Source: Squalus acanthias (Eukaryota). From it: a stretch of DNA of 64,000 nucleotides. Location: contig CM059446.1 of NCBI GenBank assembly GCA_030390025.1, positions 51,336,001-51,400,000 of the forward strand, written 5' to 3'. Position 1 is the stretch's first letter. Each line of letters opens with the position of its first letter. The position numbers and the translations under genes were made by a program. The notes beneath the pieces were generated by a model that did not search any database, was not told the DNA's origin, and saw only the letters and a list, made by a program, of their open reading frames with translations. Shown in pieces: positions 35,761 to 47,950 of the stretch.

Positions 35761-36461
35761 CACGAGCCTATGTATAATGATGTGTTTGGGAGCCATGGGC
35801 TAGAGAGGGTGTCTATTATAAATGAGAGCCATAAACAGCAGACACCGGGGAACTGTGTATCCATTCCGTTGTGTGAAATTGAGGAAGGTGGATCTCAATG
35901 AATGCCTTCCCAACACAACTATGAACCATTGTTGGCCAACCTCTGATTGACCGATATAGTTTTTAATTATTGGAAAGACTTGACTCACATTTAAATGTGA
36001 ACATTGTACAGCAGGCTATCACAGTTTGTTTTTAATTTTTCAATAAATACCTTTTTGGCAGAGCTTCACACTAGCAGTTAATGTCTTCCTTTCCCAGTAT
36101 GAGACCACCTGTGACAGGTGGTATATGCCACCTATTCTAACTGTTAGCATTGGGTTAGCACCATACCAATGCCAAAAGATCAGTATAAATACATCAATTG
36201 TTCCAAAAAAAAGCTCGCATTTCTATTGAAAATGATAGAAATTTCTGAGATTCCTGGTTGGGAATAGAATTGGAACTGTTGGGAAGGACCACTTATAGTC
36301 CTTGGCCTCCATCAGCAGTTTCTGGATGCTTCTGAGTCAGAAAGAGTCCTGAAACCTATATGGTGCTCAGTTATTTTCAACTGATATGTTTAACGATTCA
36401 TCACTTTTGGGTGGGCTGTGTTTTAGATTGCCTCAGTTGAGTTGAGTTTCAACTGGTCAAT

Positions 36462-36922
36462 TGTCAGCTTGACTCAGTAGTGGTAGTACTCATGCGTCTG
36501 AGTCAGAAGATTGTGGGTTCAAGCTCGACTCCAGGATTTGAGCAGATAATCTAAGATGATACTCCAGTGCAGCACTGAGAGTGTGCTGTATTGTTGGTGG
36601 TTCTGTCTTTTGAATTAGATGTTAAACTAGGGCCACATGTACGTGTTCAAATGGATGTAAAAGATCCCATTTCACTATTTAAAAAAGAGCAGTGAGTTCT
36701 CTCAGTGTCCTGGTACAATAGTTATCCCTCACCCAACACCACCAAAATTAGATTAATTGGTCATTTAACTCGTTGCTGTTTGTGGGACCTTGTTGTGCAC
36801 AATTTGGATGCAGAATTTTCTGACCTGGCAACAGTGACTGCACTTCAAAAATAATACACTGATTAAGAAGTGCTTTGGGATGCTTTGACATAAAAAGCGC
36901 TATTGCAAATTCTTTACCTTCT
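36462..36922 (+). mobile_element. DeuSINE, near full-length
   Basis: ctgagtcagaagattgtgggttcaag B box, gtaaaagatcccat domain, tail. Confidence 0.85.
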
Positions 36923-38269
36923 TTTTCATCTTAAAATCGCCTGCACCTCTAATTTTTGGGGAATAATTTTAACCTAATCTATTTGATGGGAAGCTGATGG
37001 GATCGGATTGCCTTCAATGGAGTGTAAAATCAGATGGGGTGTAAAACGAGCGGCCGATCCAATTGCGTCAGATTCCGGCCAGATGGGTTTAATTTAAAAT
37101 TAATCCCTCTGTCTCACTGTCTCTCTGTCTTTCGCTGTCTCTTTCTCTATGTCTCTGTCAGTCTCTGTCTATCGCTCTCTGTGTCTCTTTTTTCTCTCTT
37201 ACACCTTTTTATCAAAACCACTATGGCCATTGCTACTCTGAAATTTTCTCTCTCATTCCTTTCAAATTCAGAATAACACACCCTACACACTCTAACTCCT
37301 CTCTGCATTGAAATGAAGACTTGCAGCACCATCATGCTCTAACTTATTCTTTCCGAGGACCTGAGAACTATGGAATGCCTCAGCTCCCTCAGTCTTCCCT
37401 TCCTTCTAAAATCTAAAGGCTTTCAAAACCTAAGAAAAGTGCCATCTAATCGCTATTTTTTGATTTGCCTCATATTCACCCCTATTCTTTCCTACCTTGA
37501 AGCTGCCTTGCACTATCCTTGGTCCTTCGCCTGGATTTCGAAATCTAAAATAAATTTCCCAGTTTCCCAATTGGACTGCTGCAGGGGCTGTCACATGAAA
37601 TTGAGATGCTGCATCTTATGATTATATGTTTGGGCAGTGGGGGAGGGTGAAGCAGGAATCATGGTGGAGGATAAACTACCATTCCTTGCCGAGTAGATGC
37701 CGTGATTCAGCCAAGCCAATTAAGAGTTGCTCTTCCGCCTCTAAATTCCAATTGGAATTTGTTCAGATTGGTTGGGCTCTTGTACTAGTTTCAATCCATA
37801 GCAACTGGAAGTTGGAGCGGGGTCGGTGTCAGTTGAGAACAGCAGTTTGTTGGAGAGGGAGGCGTGCTGGTGAGTGGCTTGCAAGGGAAGAAAATGTAGA
37901 GAGAACTGAAGGGAAGTGGGAGAGATCTTAAACAAACAGAAGCTTCTTTTGAAAACAGTTGTATTGTTTTCTGGCAGTCTCTTTACAAACTGAAAAGCAT
38001 TTTTCAACATCAGCACGTCTAGTGAGTCTTTTTTCTTTCATGGAGGCAAAACAATCTAAATAGTTTTAAAATGCTCCCATCTTCAGCTGCTGCCTCTTCC
38101 CTCAACTCAGTTTAAAAAAAAAATCTTGCTGAATATAAATACGTTTTGCTTTTGCCACTTGCTTACAGGCAACTTTGTAATGTATGTAGCAGAATTTTTT
38201 TTTACTAAAGATGCGATGCAAAATTAATTTTGTTTCTATTTTTAGCTGTGCGTATCAGCCTGTATTGAT

Positions 38270-38480
38270 AGCTCAACCAAATGGCCATTCTGCATGTATG
38301 ATCCTAAATGGTCAGTGTCTGAAGACCATTCAACTTGGAGGGCATTGTAACTGAGCCCGAATGTGTGCTCACCTAATGGTCGCACATGTTGATTATCCAA
38401 CAGAATTCAAAAGATAGTGAGCACTAGTGGGAATTCTGGTTGATTTTTTCCATCCCTAGCTCAGGACCCCTGATAAATTT
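38270..38480 (-). mobile_element. AmnSINE2-like SINE fragment
   Basis: aatggccattctgcatgtatga...ggttgatttttccatccctagc. Confidence 0.5.
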
Positions 38481-38519
38481 TGACACACTGGGTCATGCCC
38501 TCCCCTCTCTCCAACCCAA

Positions 38520-38720
38520 TCTTTTTGTCTGCAATGAAAACAAGTTTTGTTTTGTGAGTCATTCCTCATAACTTAGAGCCCTGAGTCCTGGAATCATCCG
38601 TGTCTCTCTTCTCTCAACCCTCTCCAATATATCAATTTCCTTCCGAAGGTAGGATGTTCAAAACTAGACGCAGCACTCCAGTTGTGGCCTCACCAGGGAT
38701 CTGTGCAAGCTTAGTGTAAT
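38520..38720 (-). mobile_element. CR1 ORF2 remnant
   Basis: cagcactccagttgtggcctcaccaggg = reverse of LVRPQLE(C)CV; ctctcaaccctctccaa ~ LERVER. Confidence 0.6.
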
Positions 38721-39119
38721 CGCCGACTATATGGCTGGATTCTCTCCTGCATTTTCCTTGTATTTTTGGGACAAGGGGGAACATGATACGGCAGCATTGC
38801 CTCAGATTTAACAGGATAACTCTTGAGAACAGTGGAATCCAGTTTTGATTTCTCTTCACTCGCTGTCTCTGACTCTCGTTGGTGAATCTCCAAAAGCAGC
38901 ACACCTTCTTAATAAAAAGCTTGGCTACTTCTATCCGCAGTGACTGACAAATGTCTCTGTGAATCGACATCATCCCATAATGTTGGCCAACAATCTTTCC
39001 AATCGGTGCAAACTTTACAAAGAAAAGGAGGGCAGAATTTTTTTTTTTAATTGTCTTTTTCTTTAACCCCATATTGGAGAATGTTGGCTGAAGGACATGA
39101 AAACAATGATTTGTTTTTC

Positions 39120-39310
39120 CTTCTCATTTTTCTCCCTCCCTTTCCTGAAGGTGCTGATTTTCTCTGGGGTTTAGCTGCACAGGCCCCAGCAGCTCTCCAG
39201 CACCAAATCCAAATGGATATTCTTCATGTGTGCACCTACATAGGAAGTGTCGGCAGACTACTTTGATTGAAGGGGCATCAGAACCAAGTCCATTCGACAT
39301 CGACATGCGC
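39120..39310 (-). mobile_element. AmnSINE2-like SINE 3' part
   Basis: ttttctccctccctttcctgaaggtgctga tail; attcttcatgtgtg. Confidence 0.6.
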
Positions 39311-39342
39311 ATGTGTGCATACACACACACACACAGAAAGAA

Positions 39343-39826
39343 AGAAAGATCTCCATTTATATAGAGACTTATCAATCTCTCAGGACTTCCTAAAGCACTT
39401 TACATGCAGTCAATTACTTTGAAGTGCAACTAATCTTCCTAGGTTATGTGGATAAGTGCAGCAGTCAACTTGTGTACAGCAAAGTCACGCAAGCAGCAAA
39501 TACAATCAGTGACCAGTTATTATGATTTTTTTTTTGGTGGTAGTGTTTAAGGTAGGAATATTGACCAAGACTTCAAGAGAATTCCCTACTCTTCTTCCAA
39601 TTGTATCATGAGATCTCTTGCACCTCCTTCAACCACTGGAGCAGGCAGGCAGGCAGGGCCTCAGTTTAATATCTTATCTGAAGGACGATGTCCGAATATT
39701 CAGCACTCCCTCAATAGAGCACTGTAGTATCAGCGTAGATTATGTGCTCAGGTCTTAGAGTGGGGCTTAACCCATAACCTTCTGACTAAAAGAGCTGAGT
39801 GATGCTGACTGAGCCAAGCTGACTGT
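39343..39826 (-). mobile_element. DeuSINE, decayed near full-length
   Basis: cagcactccctca domain and aacccataaccttctgact head in reverse orientation. Confidence 0.75.
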
Positions 39827-39834
39827 TGAATAAT

Positions 39835-40025
39835 AGTAGGAGTCACTGAATAGTGGAGCAGGAACCTGGCTGATTGTGATTTTTATATATACCTCTCTAG
39901 CCCAGGGACACTGACGCCAATGTTAGCAGCCAAGTACTACTGAATCTGACATCAACTAACTGACAGATTGAACTGGATCATTCATTGTATATGATGTTTG
40001 CGCATTTACTGATCAAGCCATAAGG
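39835..40025 (-). mobile_element. AmnSINE2-like SINE 5' part
   Basis: ggagtcactgaatagtg...ggaacctggctgatt...ctagcccagggacactgacgccaat. Confidence 0.55.
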
Positions 40026-42834
40026 TGGAATAAAATGAGTTACTTTTATACAAAATCATGCTGTAAGTGGGCTAAATAGGATGATTCTCTGGAGCAGGGT
40101 GACTTGATAAAACTGTGTGGTTGTGAGGTGTACTGAAGTCCATTTCTGCCTGAGTCATTTGATTAGTATGTATGCAGATCCCCCGTCTAACTATTCGAAG
40201 TCATGATAAATCATCTATTTATTTGAAGTATTTATAATTTTATAAATAAAATAAAGCTAATTTTGAATGGATTCTTGAAGTTTGTTTGTTAATGCAGTGA
40301 TATATCACTGGTTCTGGTGTTGTGGGCTCTGGTTTTCAACATGTTCCTGCTCTTGAGTATATGAATCCTACGATGAGCATATGTTTTTAAAACTGGGAAA
40401 CCCACGTGAATGGCCAAAGATAGATATTGGGGGAGTGGGTGGTGGAATGGCATTAGATTTTGGGACTGAACAGATGAACTGCATAGTCTTTCATAATCCT
40501 GAACTTTCTTATGTTAATACAACACATTGAGGATGCAGGGAGAAGAGTGTGTAGGGTGGTGCATTTGGAAGTTGGGAAGATGAAGAGAGAAAGTTCAGAA
40601 GAGCACGGAGCATTAATAAAATAGAGAGAGATGAAAAAGAAGTTGCACTGACCTAGAGTCCCACCTGATATTTGAATTTAAAAAAAAACATAAGGGGAGA
40701 GCGACTCCACATTGCAGACAAAGTGCTAATGTGATACACTCTCCATGGGGAAAATGTTTGACAACATTTTGTTTTGTTTTGGGGAGGGCGAAAAGGTCTG
40801 TGTCACTCTCTTCACAGTGGTATCATGGGCAAATGATTTCACAATGTCATTTATGTCATCGTGTCTTGTGTGAGGAAAGGTTTGCCAAAGATGCTTTCTT
40901 TCCCGGAGATGGTGTCCCTTTAAGATGCCCGCACCAAGTTATCGCTGAAGGTTAGGTACAAATGCAGCAACATCAGAGATGGGCTCCCCACAGTCACCCC
41001 ATTATTCTGTTACTCCCAAATGGAGAGCGGAGACGAAGAAACCAGCCTATGACAAAACATCATTGTGGGAACTATCAGCGGTGAAGAAATTTAATTACAG
41101 ACTTGATGGAGATTGAGATCAGTTGCATGGAGTCTTGCCGTGTTCCCGCTGTTCCCATGCTCTTCCTGCCCAAGCTCAAGCCTGATGAGAGGCAGGAACC
41201 CAGCAAATGCAGCAGCGTGAGTAAGCACTTAAACAAATAGTGGCACTGAATCATGGAACCACCTTCCACTGCAAGACATAAAATTAAACATCGCAGTCTG
41301 CTTCAAGGGCAGTGATCTATATTCAGTGACTTCTGCTGGGAAGTGGATGCACACGGGTGTGAACACTACCAAGCCCAGTTCTTTTCTCACCCAGTCATTT
41401 CCCGCATCCCCTCACCACCACCACCTGCCCCCGCATCCCCCCCCCCCCGCAGTTGAATACCCCACTGATAATCACTGTCTGTGCTCACAGTTCAAGAATA
41501 GCTAGTTACTTGGGAGAGCACCAATGGAGCTGTGCTCTGGCATGAGTCAGTGCCTTCAGGACAGGAGGGGAGAACCCTTGAAAAAAAAAAATGGGATTTT
41601 TCTTTGGTGGAAATTTCAATGTTGGTTTTTCTGTGAATCAGAAAGCGGCTTGAAATCGAGTGACCCCACTGTGCAAACATTGTGGATTCTCATTTTATTT
41701 TTCTCTCAGCACTGGCCTGTAATCCCTCTCAGGCCCTGAGCGCAATATTGGAATGTTTTTTACCCACATTCCTTAACACTTCAACCCGGTACCTGCACAA
41801 TAACCAGTTTCTTTCTCCACTATGCTGTACTGTGAGGAGATTTTAATAATCAATAAGGGGGGAGGCTGTGAAAATCTGGCTTCTTTGTGCTGTTTTAATT
41901 CAATTGAAATCTCTAGGCCTCTGCACTGAATAGTGGTATTGTGTCCACTTCTCCCAGCTCTGACTGACAAGTACTGCTTAAAACTCAAGAGTCTCCATCC
42001 ATTTATTAAGTATGTAACCGAATTTCTCGTTAATTATATTTTCCCACCAGACAGGCTTGCGCTGTGTAGTTAGATCCGGACTAAGAAGCATGTTTGTGTG
42101 TCTATGCAAATAATGCATGCTTCAAATGTCCCAGCTGAATCAATGGGTGCACATTCTAGTTGAAAGTCTTATAATTAAATCAAATAAAAAAAAAAATCAA
42201 ATCTACACCATCATCAGAATTGATGTTTATTATTTTTAACAAATTGCAGGCTTAGTCACTCTGTCCATACTTCCCAGCTATAAAGCTTTTCTGACATTTA
42301 TAGTTTTTGTACAGCTGCTATTTGGGATTTTCATTGAATTAATTTAAATTTTTACTTTTGTAGTTTTGCTAATTCCTTCCCTTGCCTGACACTTCTCTTT
42401 CCTACTGGAACTTCCCCAATTTTGGTTAAGTACAGATGGGGTTGTTGGCTCTCGCACGTGCCCACGTTACTGAAATGGATACCAGCCAAACTTAAAGCCA
42501 CACTTTCGATCATAGGGAGGGTGAACCGTTGCCACTTTCCTGCACCACAACCACATCTCGCCCAGTATTGAAATGTTCTGGAGGTGACTCATTTTGACGA
42601 GATTCACATCAACAATGAAAGTGTGTCAACGACCTTCCAATAAGATTCTTGCAAAAGTCATGGGGTTCTTTAATTTGTGTCCTGGTGCAGGCTGGGTGCA
42701 TTTAGCATGTTGATTCACTCAGATGCATGTGTGCATGCATCTCCTTTTTTGTTGGGTAGATTTTTGTCCTTCTCAAGGCAACAGATGTTAGTTATAGAAA
42801 ATTGAATACTTTTGTACTGTCAACCTCAAGGATA

Positions 42835-43760
42835 GCATGGATTAGATGCAGGCTAAAGCTTCCTCTACACTGTCCCATCAAGCACCCTTAGGTCAGGCAC
42901 AGCATGGGTTAGATACAGAATAAAACTACTGCTAGATTTTGTACCAAGAAGTCACAGGTCAGGTGAACCACAGAAACTTGCCTTTTTATGGTGCTTCTCT
43001 TGACAGAAGTCTTGGAGTGCTTTGCAGGGCAGTGGACACTGAGCAGGAGGGCAAAAGGGATGAGAGGGGCTCGGAAGGGTGAAAACATAGCTCAACAGAG
43101 GGTTCTTTAGAAGGCCTTTGCAGACAGAGAGGGAGGTGACAAGGTGGCATATGCTGAGAGAAGGAAGTTTCAGTGGCTGAAGAGCAACTAGAGATTGAGT
43201 GGAAATAGCATGGAATGAGAAGTGGACTGGCATCAGAGAAGTGGAGGGTGCGCGCAGGGACATATGACGGAAGAATATTGTAGTGGTAGGGAGAGGCGAG
43301 GACATAGAGGGGTTTAAAAATGAGGATGAGAATCTCTGGGGCAACAGCAGCCAGTGAAGCTTGGTAACAACTGAGTGAGAAAGTAGGCCGTGGTGTTTTG
43401 AATTATTTTAAGTTTGTGGAGGGTGGAAGTGGGAAGGCTTGCAAGGAGAGCATTGGAGAAGTGCAGGCTTGAGGTGATGAGCGTGTGGATTATGATTTAA
43501 TTGGCAGAATGTGAAAGGTGGGGTCGGAGGTGAGCCGCATTTCGGAGATGAGGGTTGATGATGCATGGATGTGGGGAGGAAGCTACTCCTGGCCTTGAGT
43601 GGGACACCAAGGCTCCACACCTCTGGGCTCAGCCGGAGGTGACAACCAGGGAGGTAAATGGAGTTGAGGCCAGAGGTACTTAACTGTTTGTGGAAGCTGA
43701 AAGACAATTGTTTGGGTTTTGCTGACATTTGGCTGGAGGACATTTTGGCTCATCCAGGTC
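42835..43760 (-). mobile_element. L2 LINE 3' region remnant
   Basis: Minus-strand WMSQNVLQPNVSKT (~WMSQNFLQLNxxKT); purine-rich L2 3' profile; gggttagatacag tail repeats. Confidence 0.65.
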
Positions 43761-43789
43761 TTAAAAGAAATAAATTCTATTGGTAAGTA

Positions 43790-44345
43790 GTATCTTATGT
43801 CCCAAAGCACTTCAAAGCCAATGAATTATATTTGAAATGTACTTGCCATTGTTATGAAGGCATATCTTGTAACCAATGTTCCTTTTAAGCTGCACGGCCG
43901 CGGAGCGCTCTGAAGGTCCCGCGCAGCTGGCTTGCCGGCTTTTAAATAGAAAAACCGCGCATGCGCAGTATTTTGAATGGGCCACGCAGTCCCCCCAAAA
44001 ATTACAGGGAACATAGGTTGTAACCCATTTCCAAACAGCAAGACCCCACAGACAACGCATGAGATAATTGAATCGTTAATCTGTTTTTGCTGGTTTTGGG
44101 TGAGGGAGGAATGTTGGCCAAGACATTGGGAAAACTCCCTGCTCTTCTTCTAATAGTGTTGTGGGATCATCCACCCAACCAAGCAGATGATACATCGGTT
44201 TAACATCTCAGACAATGCAGCACTCTGTCAGTATTGCACTGGAGTATCAATCTAGATTATGTGTTCCAGTTCTGAAGTGGAGCTTGAACCCACAACCTTC
44301 TGACTCAGAGGTGAGAGTGATAACAACTGAGACAAGTTAACACTT
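43790..44345 (-). mobile_element. DeuSINE inserted in L2, itself interrupted by a MITE
   Basis: gtcccaaagcacttc tail on the left; cttgaacccacaaccttctgactcagaggtgagagtg head on the right. Confidence 0.8.
43874..44016. mobile_element. hAT-type MITE (143 bp), same family as 2915-3078, opposite orientation
   Basis: TIRs caatgttccttttaa / ttacagggaacatag; TSD CTTGTAAC/GTTGTAAC (7 of 8 identical); internal sequence is the reverse complement of copy 1. Confidence 0.88.
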
Positions 44346-44359
44346 ATGGTCAAATAGGC

Positions 44360-44785
44360 AGTTGGAGACAGTGCCAACTGCCCTAGGGTCAAAGAAGGAG
44401 GAGGTGGAGAGATATACATGTGAAAGCTGACTTCATTCTTCCAGTTGCTGTCACCAATGACTAGCATGTACATGGCTAAGTGTGTAACCCTGATGTACAC
44501 CACAGGTGACTTTTGTGGGCATTGAAGGAGATGCCGTTGGAGGCAATATAGTATCCCAAGTTGTGATAGGTAGGAATGGAAGCAGGAGTAAGGAGGGCCA
44601 TGGAGGTGATCTCTGCTTGAGGAGGATGGAATGGTTCATAGTGTTGAAGTCAGCAGAGAGATTAAGGAGGATGAAGAGGGACAATGAGCCATGGTCACAG
44701 TCACACAGGATGTTGTTGGTGACTTTGGCAAGTGTGGTGTTGGTGCTATGGGCAGGATGAAAACCTGATTGGAGGCAGTTGAACA
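44360..44785 (-). mobile_element. L2 RT remnant (continuation of 42835-43760)
   Basis: QSGFHPAHSTNTTLAKVTNNIL...LLNLSADFNTMNHSILL; VSFHMY. Confidence 0.8.
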
Positions 44786-44799
44786 AAGAATCATGGAAG

Positions 44800-45225
44800 A
44801 AGTGGGAGCATAATTGTGAAGCATTTTAGCATCGCTCATCACTTGTGACAAAGCATTCCACATTCCGATAATTCTTTGCATGAAAAAAAATCTTCGAACC
44901 TCTTCCTTTTTGTTGCATATGCTTATCTTGAGAGCATGGCCTCTAGTTCTCAATTTACCTATCAATGGAAACTATTTATGATTACCTTGTCTGTCCCCTT
45001 TATCATTTTGAACACCTCTATCAATTTTCCCTTCAATCTTCTCAGTTCAAGAGAATATAGCCCTAGTTGCTCTAACCTTTCCTTGTAACTCACACCCTTC
45101 ATCCCTGGTATTAGTTTGCAAAACCGAGTTGCACTTTCACCAGGGCTAATATATCCCTCCTATCGTGAGGAACTCAAAACTGTACAAAATATTTCAGATA
45201 TGGCCTAACCAAAGTACAAGCTTTT
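44800..45225 (-). mobile_element. CR1 ORF2 C-terminal remnant
   Basis: RTRGHALKI...RRFFFMQRIIGMWNAL on the minus strand. Confidence 0.8.
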
Positions 45226-45744
45226 AAAAGACAAGGTTATTTTAACCTAACCATTAATTTTTGAATTACCTGGGCCTTTTTCCTATTCTTTTGAACTTTA
45301 GTGATGTCAAGCACGATAGGCCCTTAGTGCTTCAGCTGAGTGTCTCATTCAACCCAATCCTCCAAAAAACACAGTTATGTTCAACTCATAGCGAAAATAA
45401 TCTAATTCCATCCATCCATCATGCTTTTTGATTTATGTGAACAATAGATGTTTTTAAGTTCTGAAGATAAATAGCAACTTCTGGAAGGGCTGTACCATTG
45501 TTCAAGTTTGAAGGGAGGTTATGAACAAAAGTGCAAATTTAATAGGTTTTAACCAAAGGTTCTGCTTAAATATGCGAGCTACTGTTGCAGAGATATTTGA
45601 TAAGGAAGGAAAAATGCAAATAAAAAAAGATTTATGCATTTCTTAACATTTGCGATAAAAAGACACTAAACGGATGGAGAATAAGGAGCTGCTACCCTTA
45701 TGTTGCATGCAGAGGTTTATTATTTTTGTGTGAAGGAACAGTTT

Positions 45745-45855
45745 GTTGATGGGGTTAGATGAAGAGGGGTGGGAGGAGGCTCGTGTGGAGCATAAACACC
45801 GGCATGGATCTGTTGGGCCGAATGGCCTGTTTCTGTGCTGTAAATACTTTGTAAT
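45745..45855 (+). mobile_element. CR1-type 3'UTR fragment
   Basis: gtggagcataaacaccggcatggatctgttgggccgaatggcctgtttctgtgctgtaa; resembles the 3' end of the CR1 at 8520-8565. Confidence 0.7.
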
Positions 45856-46285
45856 TTATTTATCTTTCCACAGCCTTGCTGTCTCAGGGGACCTCTTACA
45901 AATTTATTTCTAAACCATTTCACTAGAGAGGTGCATTCCTCTGTCACTTCACACCCCAGCAGTTACCCCTTTGCAACAGTGTAACCTCTGACCCACCATG
46001 AGCAATGCCATGGGAGATCTGCTATTTGTATATAAATAAATGTATATCTAGCGATTTATGTCACACTTTATTTTGCATCTGTAACAATCTTAAAATAGAA
46101 AGAAAGCCAGTCACTTAATGCTGGGCACTACTTACCTGTAGCTTGAAATTCAGAAGCACTTTCCAATCTACAAAGTTCCCTCACCGAATAAATTGTAAAC
46201 TCCGACTCCAATGTGTTTACCGAACAACAATTAGCTCTTAAAAGGGGCATAGCTGCATCTTGAGCGCAGAATAATACATTGGAGG

Positions 46286-46435
46286 TGAATTTCCTCAGAG
46301 CAGCTCCTTCTCCGCTGCTGGGAGATATTAGCCCTGGTGCAGTGGTAACCCTGTTTATGCTCGTAACTGGGGTTTTACACTGCAGCTCCTACGATATTAG
46401 GGCAGCGAGGTGGAAGCAACTCCAAGGAAATTTCT
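46286..46435. mobile_element. Decayed palindromic MITE-like element
   Basis: Imperfect terminal IRs aatttcctcagagcagctcc / ggaagcaactccaaggaaatt, with inner IRs cgctgc/gcagcg and tgcagtg/cactgca. Confidence 0.45.
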
Positions 46436-46689
46436 GACCATTTTGTGTTACATGCTAGAGGAGTCCTGTCCTTATAAAGCAGCTCATCATCCGACTTATG
46501 AGCAACACCATGGGAGATCTGCTAGTAAAGTATTAAAATTAACAAATTAAGAGAAATTGGTATGCGATTGATTTTTTCTTTCACCAAATATATCAGATAT
46601 TTTTTACCAGCTATAGAATTTTCAGCCTTGTAGAATGTTCTACAGCAGGAACAGACTCCCTGTTAACTGTGTGCGACTGTGCACTGAAA

Positions 46690-46920
46690 CCAATGAGCTT
46701 TTTAGGGCAAGTTAGTCACGGTTCCAGCTCTTGGTCACTGTGGAGTGACCTCTGATGGAAAGTGTTTTGGTGGAGGACTGGATTGAGTTTGGCTCTGATA
46801 CGCTCCCCACTCCCCCATATTCCAATACTCTGCCAACACTCACTCAGGAGTGCCAGTCTAGAAGACTAGCAAAAGATGACCAACAGCTTCACGGACTGAC
46901 CACTGGAGAATGGCCCCGAT
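46690..46920 (+). mobile_element. AmnSINE2-like SINE fragment
   Basis: gtgacctctgatggaaagtg...ctctgccaacactcact...gaatggcc. Confidence 0.5.
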
Positions 46921-46974
46921 TATAAATCTATGATGTGCCGAACAAGTGGTTACACGAGTGCTGTAACTTAATAA

Positions 46975-47085
46975 CAACAACAACTTGGATTTATATCGCA
47001 CCTTTAGCGTCGAGAAAACATCCCAAGGTGATTCACAGAAGCATAATCAGACAAAAATAGACGCCGAGCCAAAGAAGGAGATTTT
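46975..47085 (-). mobile_element. L2 3' terminus
   Basis: (aac)n tail plus atttatatcgcacc...acatcccaaggtg, similar to 51482-51530. Confidence 0.65.
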
Positions 47086-47789
47086 AATTAATCTTAAAAA
47101 AAATAACAAGCATGGCGACATGGATTTTTAACAAATCGACTGGACCAATGCTTCTCCAAAAGTTACGTCAGCATCACTTTCCGACATCTGGGCATCCCTG
47201 GGGCGACGGAAATGATGGCCAGAATAAGGAAAATTAACTAGGGAGGGAGGAGATGGGGTGGCCAGCAGCCATCCTGGTGGGGGAAATTCCAAGCCTCCCT
47301 CTCTCCTTCAACCCTCCCAAATTCATACTGTTATTCTTCTCCATTTCTCCCCTGTTAATTGAACCTTCTTTTCCTTCCTCAGTTCCATCTGGTACTTCCA
47401 CCCTTCCAACCCAGTTCAAGTTGGCACTTATTTCCCCTTCCCCCATTCCATGCCGGCACACGCCTCACCCTCTTTCACTTCCCACTTACTCTCTTCCCTC
47501 CATTACTATCCATTTTCTGCCTTTCTTTCTCTTCATTCCCCCCCCCCGCCCCCCAACCCTCTCTCCTCAGTCCTGCTCCTACCTGAGTGCTGCTACTAAT
47601 CGGAGTGATTCCAGCCCCTGTATACTGTAGGCATGAATTCCTGATTCCTATCTACAGTATACAGCAGCCAGAATCACATTAGGAGTGGTGCCAAGGGGAG
47701 AGGGGTTGGTCCATTCGAAGCCAGACTCAGGGGGAGGGGCTCAGTCCACATGGACAGGGCTCACAAGACACTGATTGTCAGTGGTGAAA

Positions 47790-47950
47790 CATTGATGGTT
47801 GGCATGTGTGTCACTGTCTAGGCTCGCACGTGAAGAATGGCCTATTGAATGAGGTACTGGAGGGTAGTCGGTGCCCATAGAACTGTACGCCATTGGGAGT
47901 CAGCATCTTCAATCGGGGAGAGAGGAGTTAGAGAAAATGGGAAAGAAAAT
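47790..47950 (+). mobile_element. AmnSINE2-like SINE 3' part
   Basis: tcactgtctaggctcgcacgtgaagaatggcc...gaggtactggaggg...gagtcagcatcttca...gagaaaat. Confidence 0.7.
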
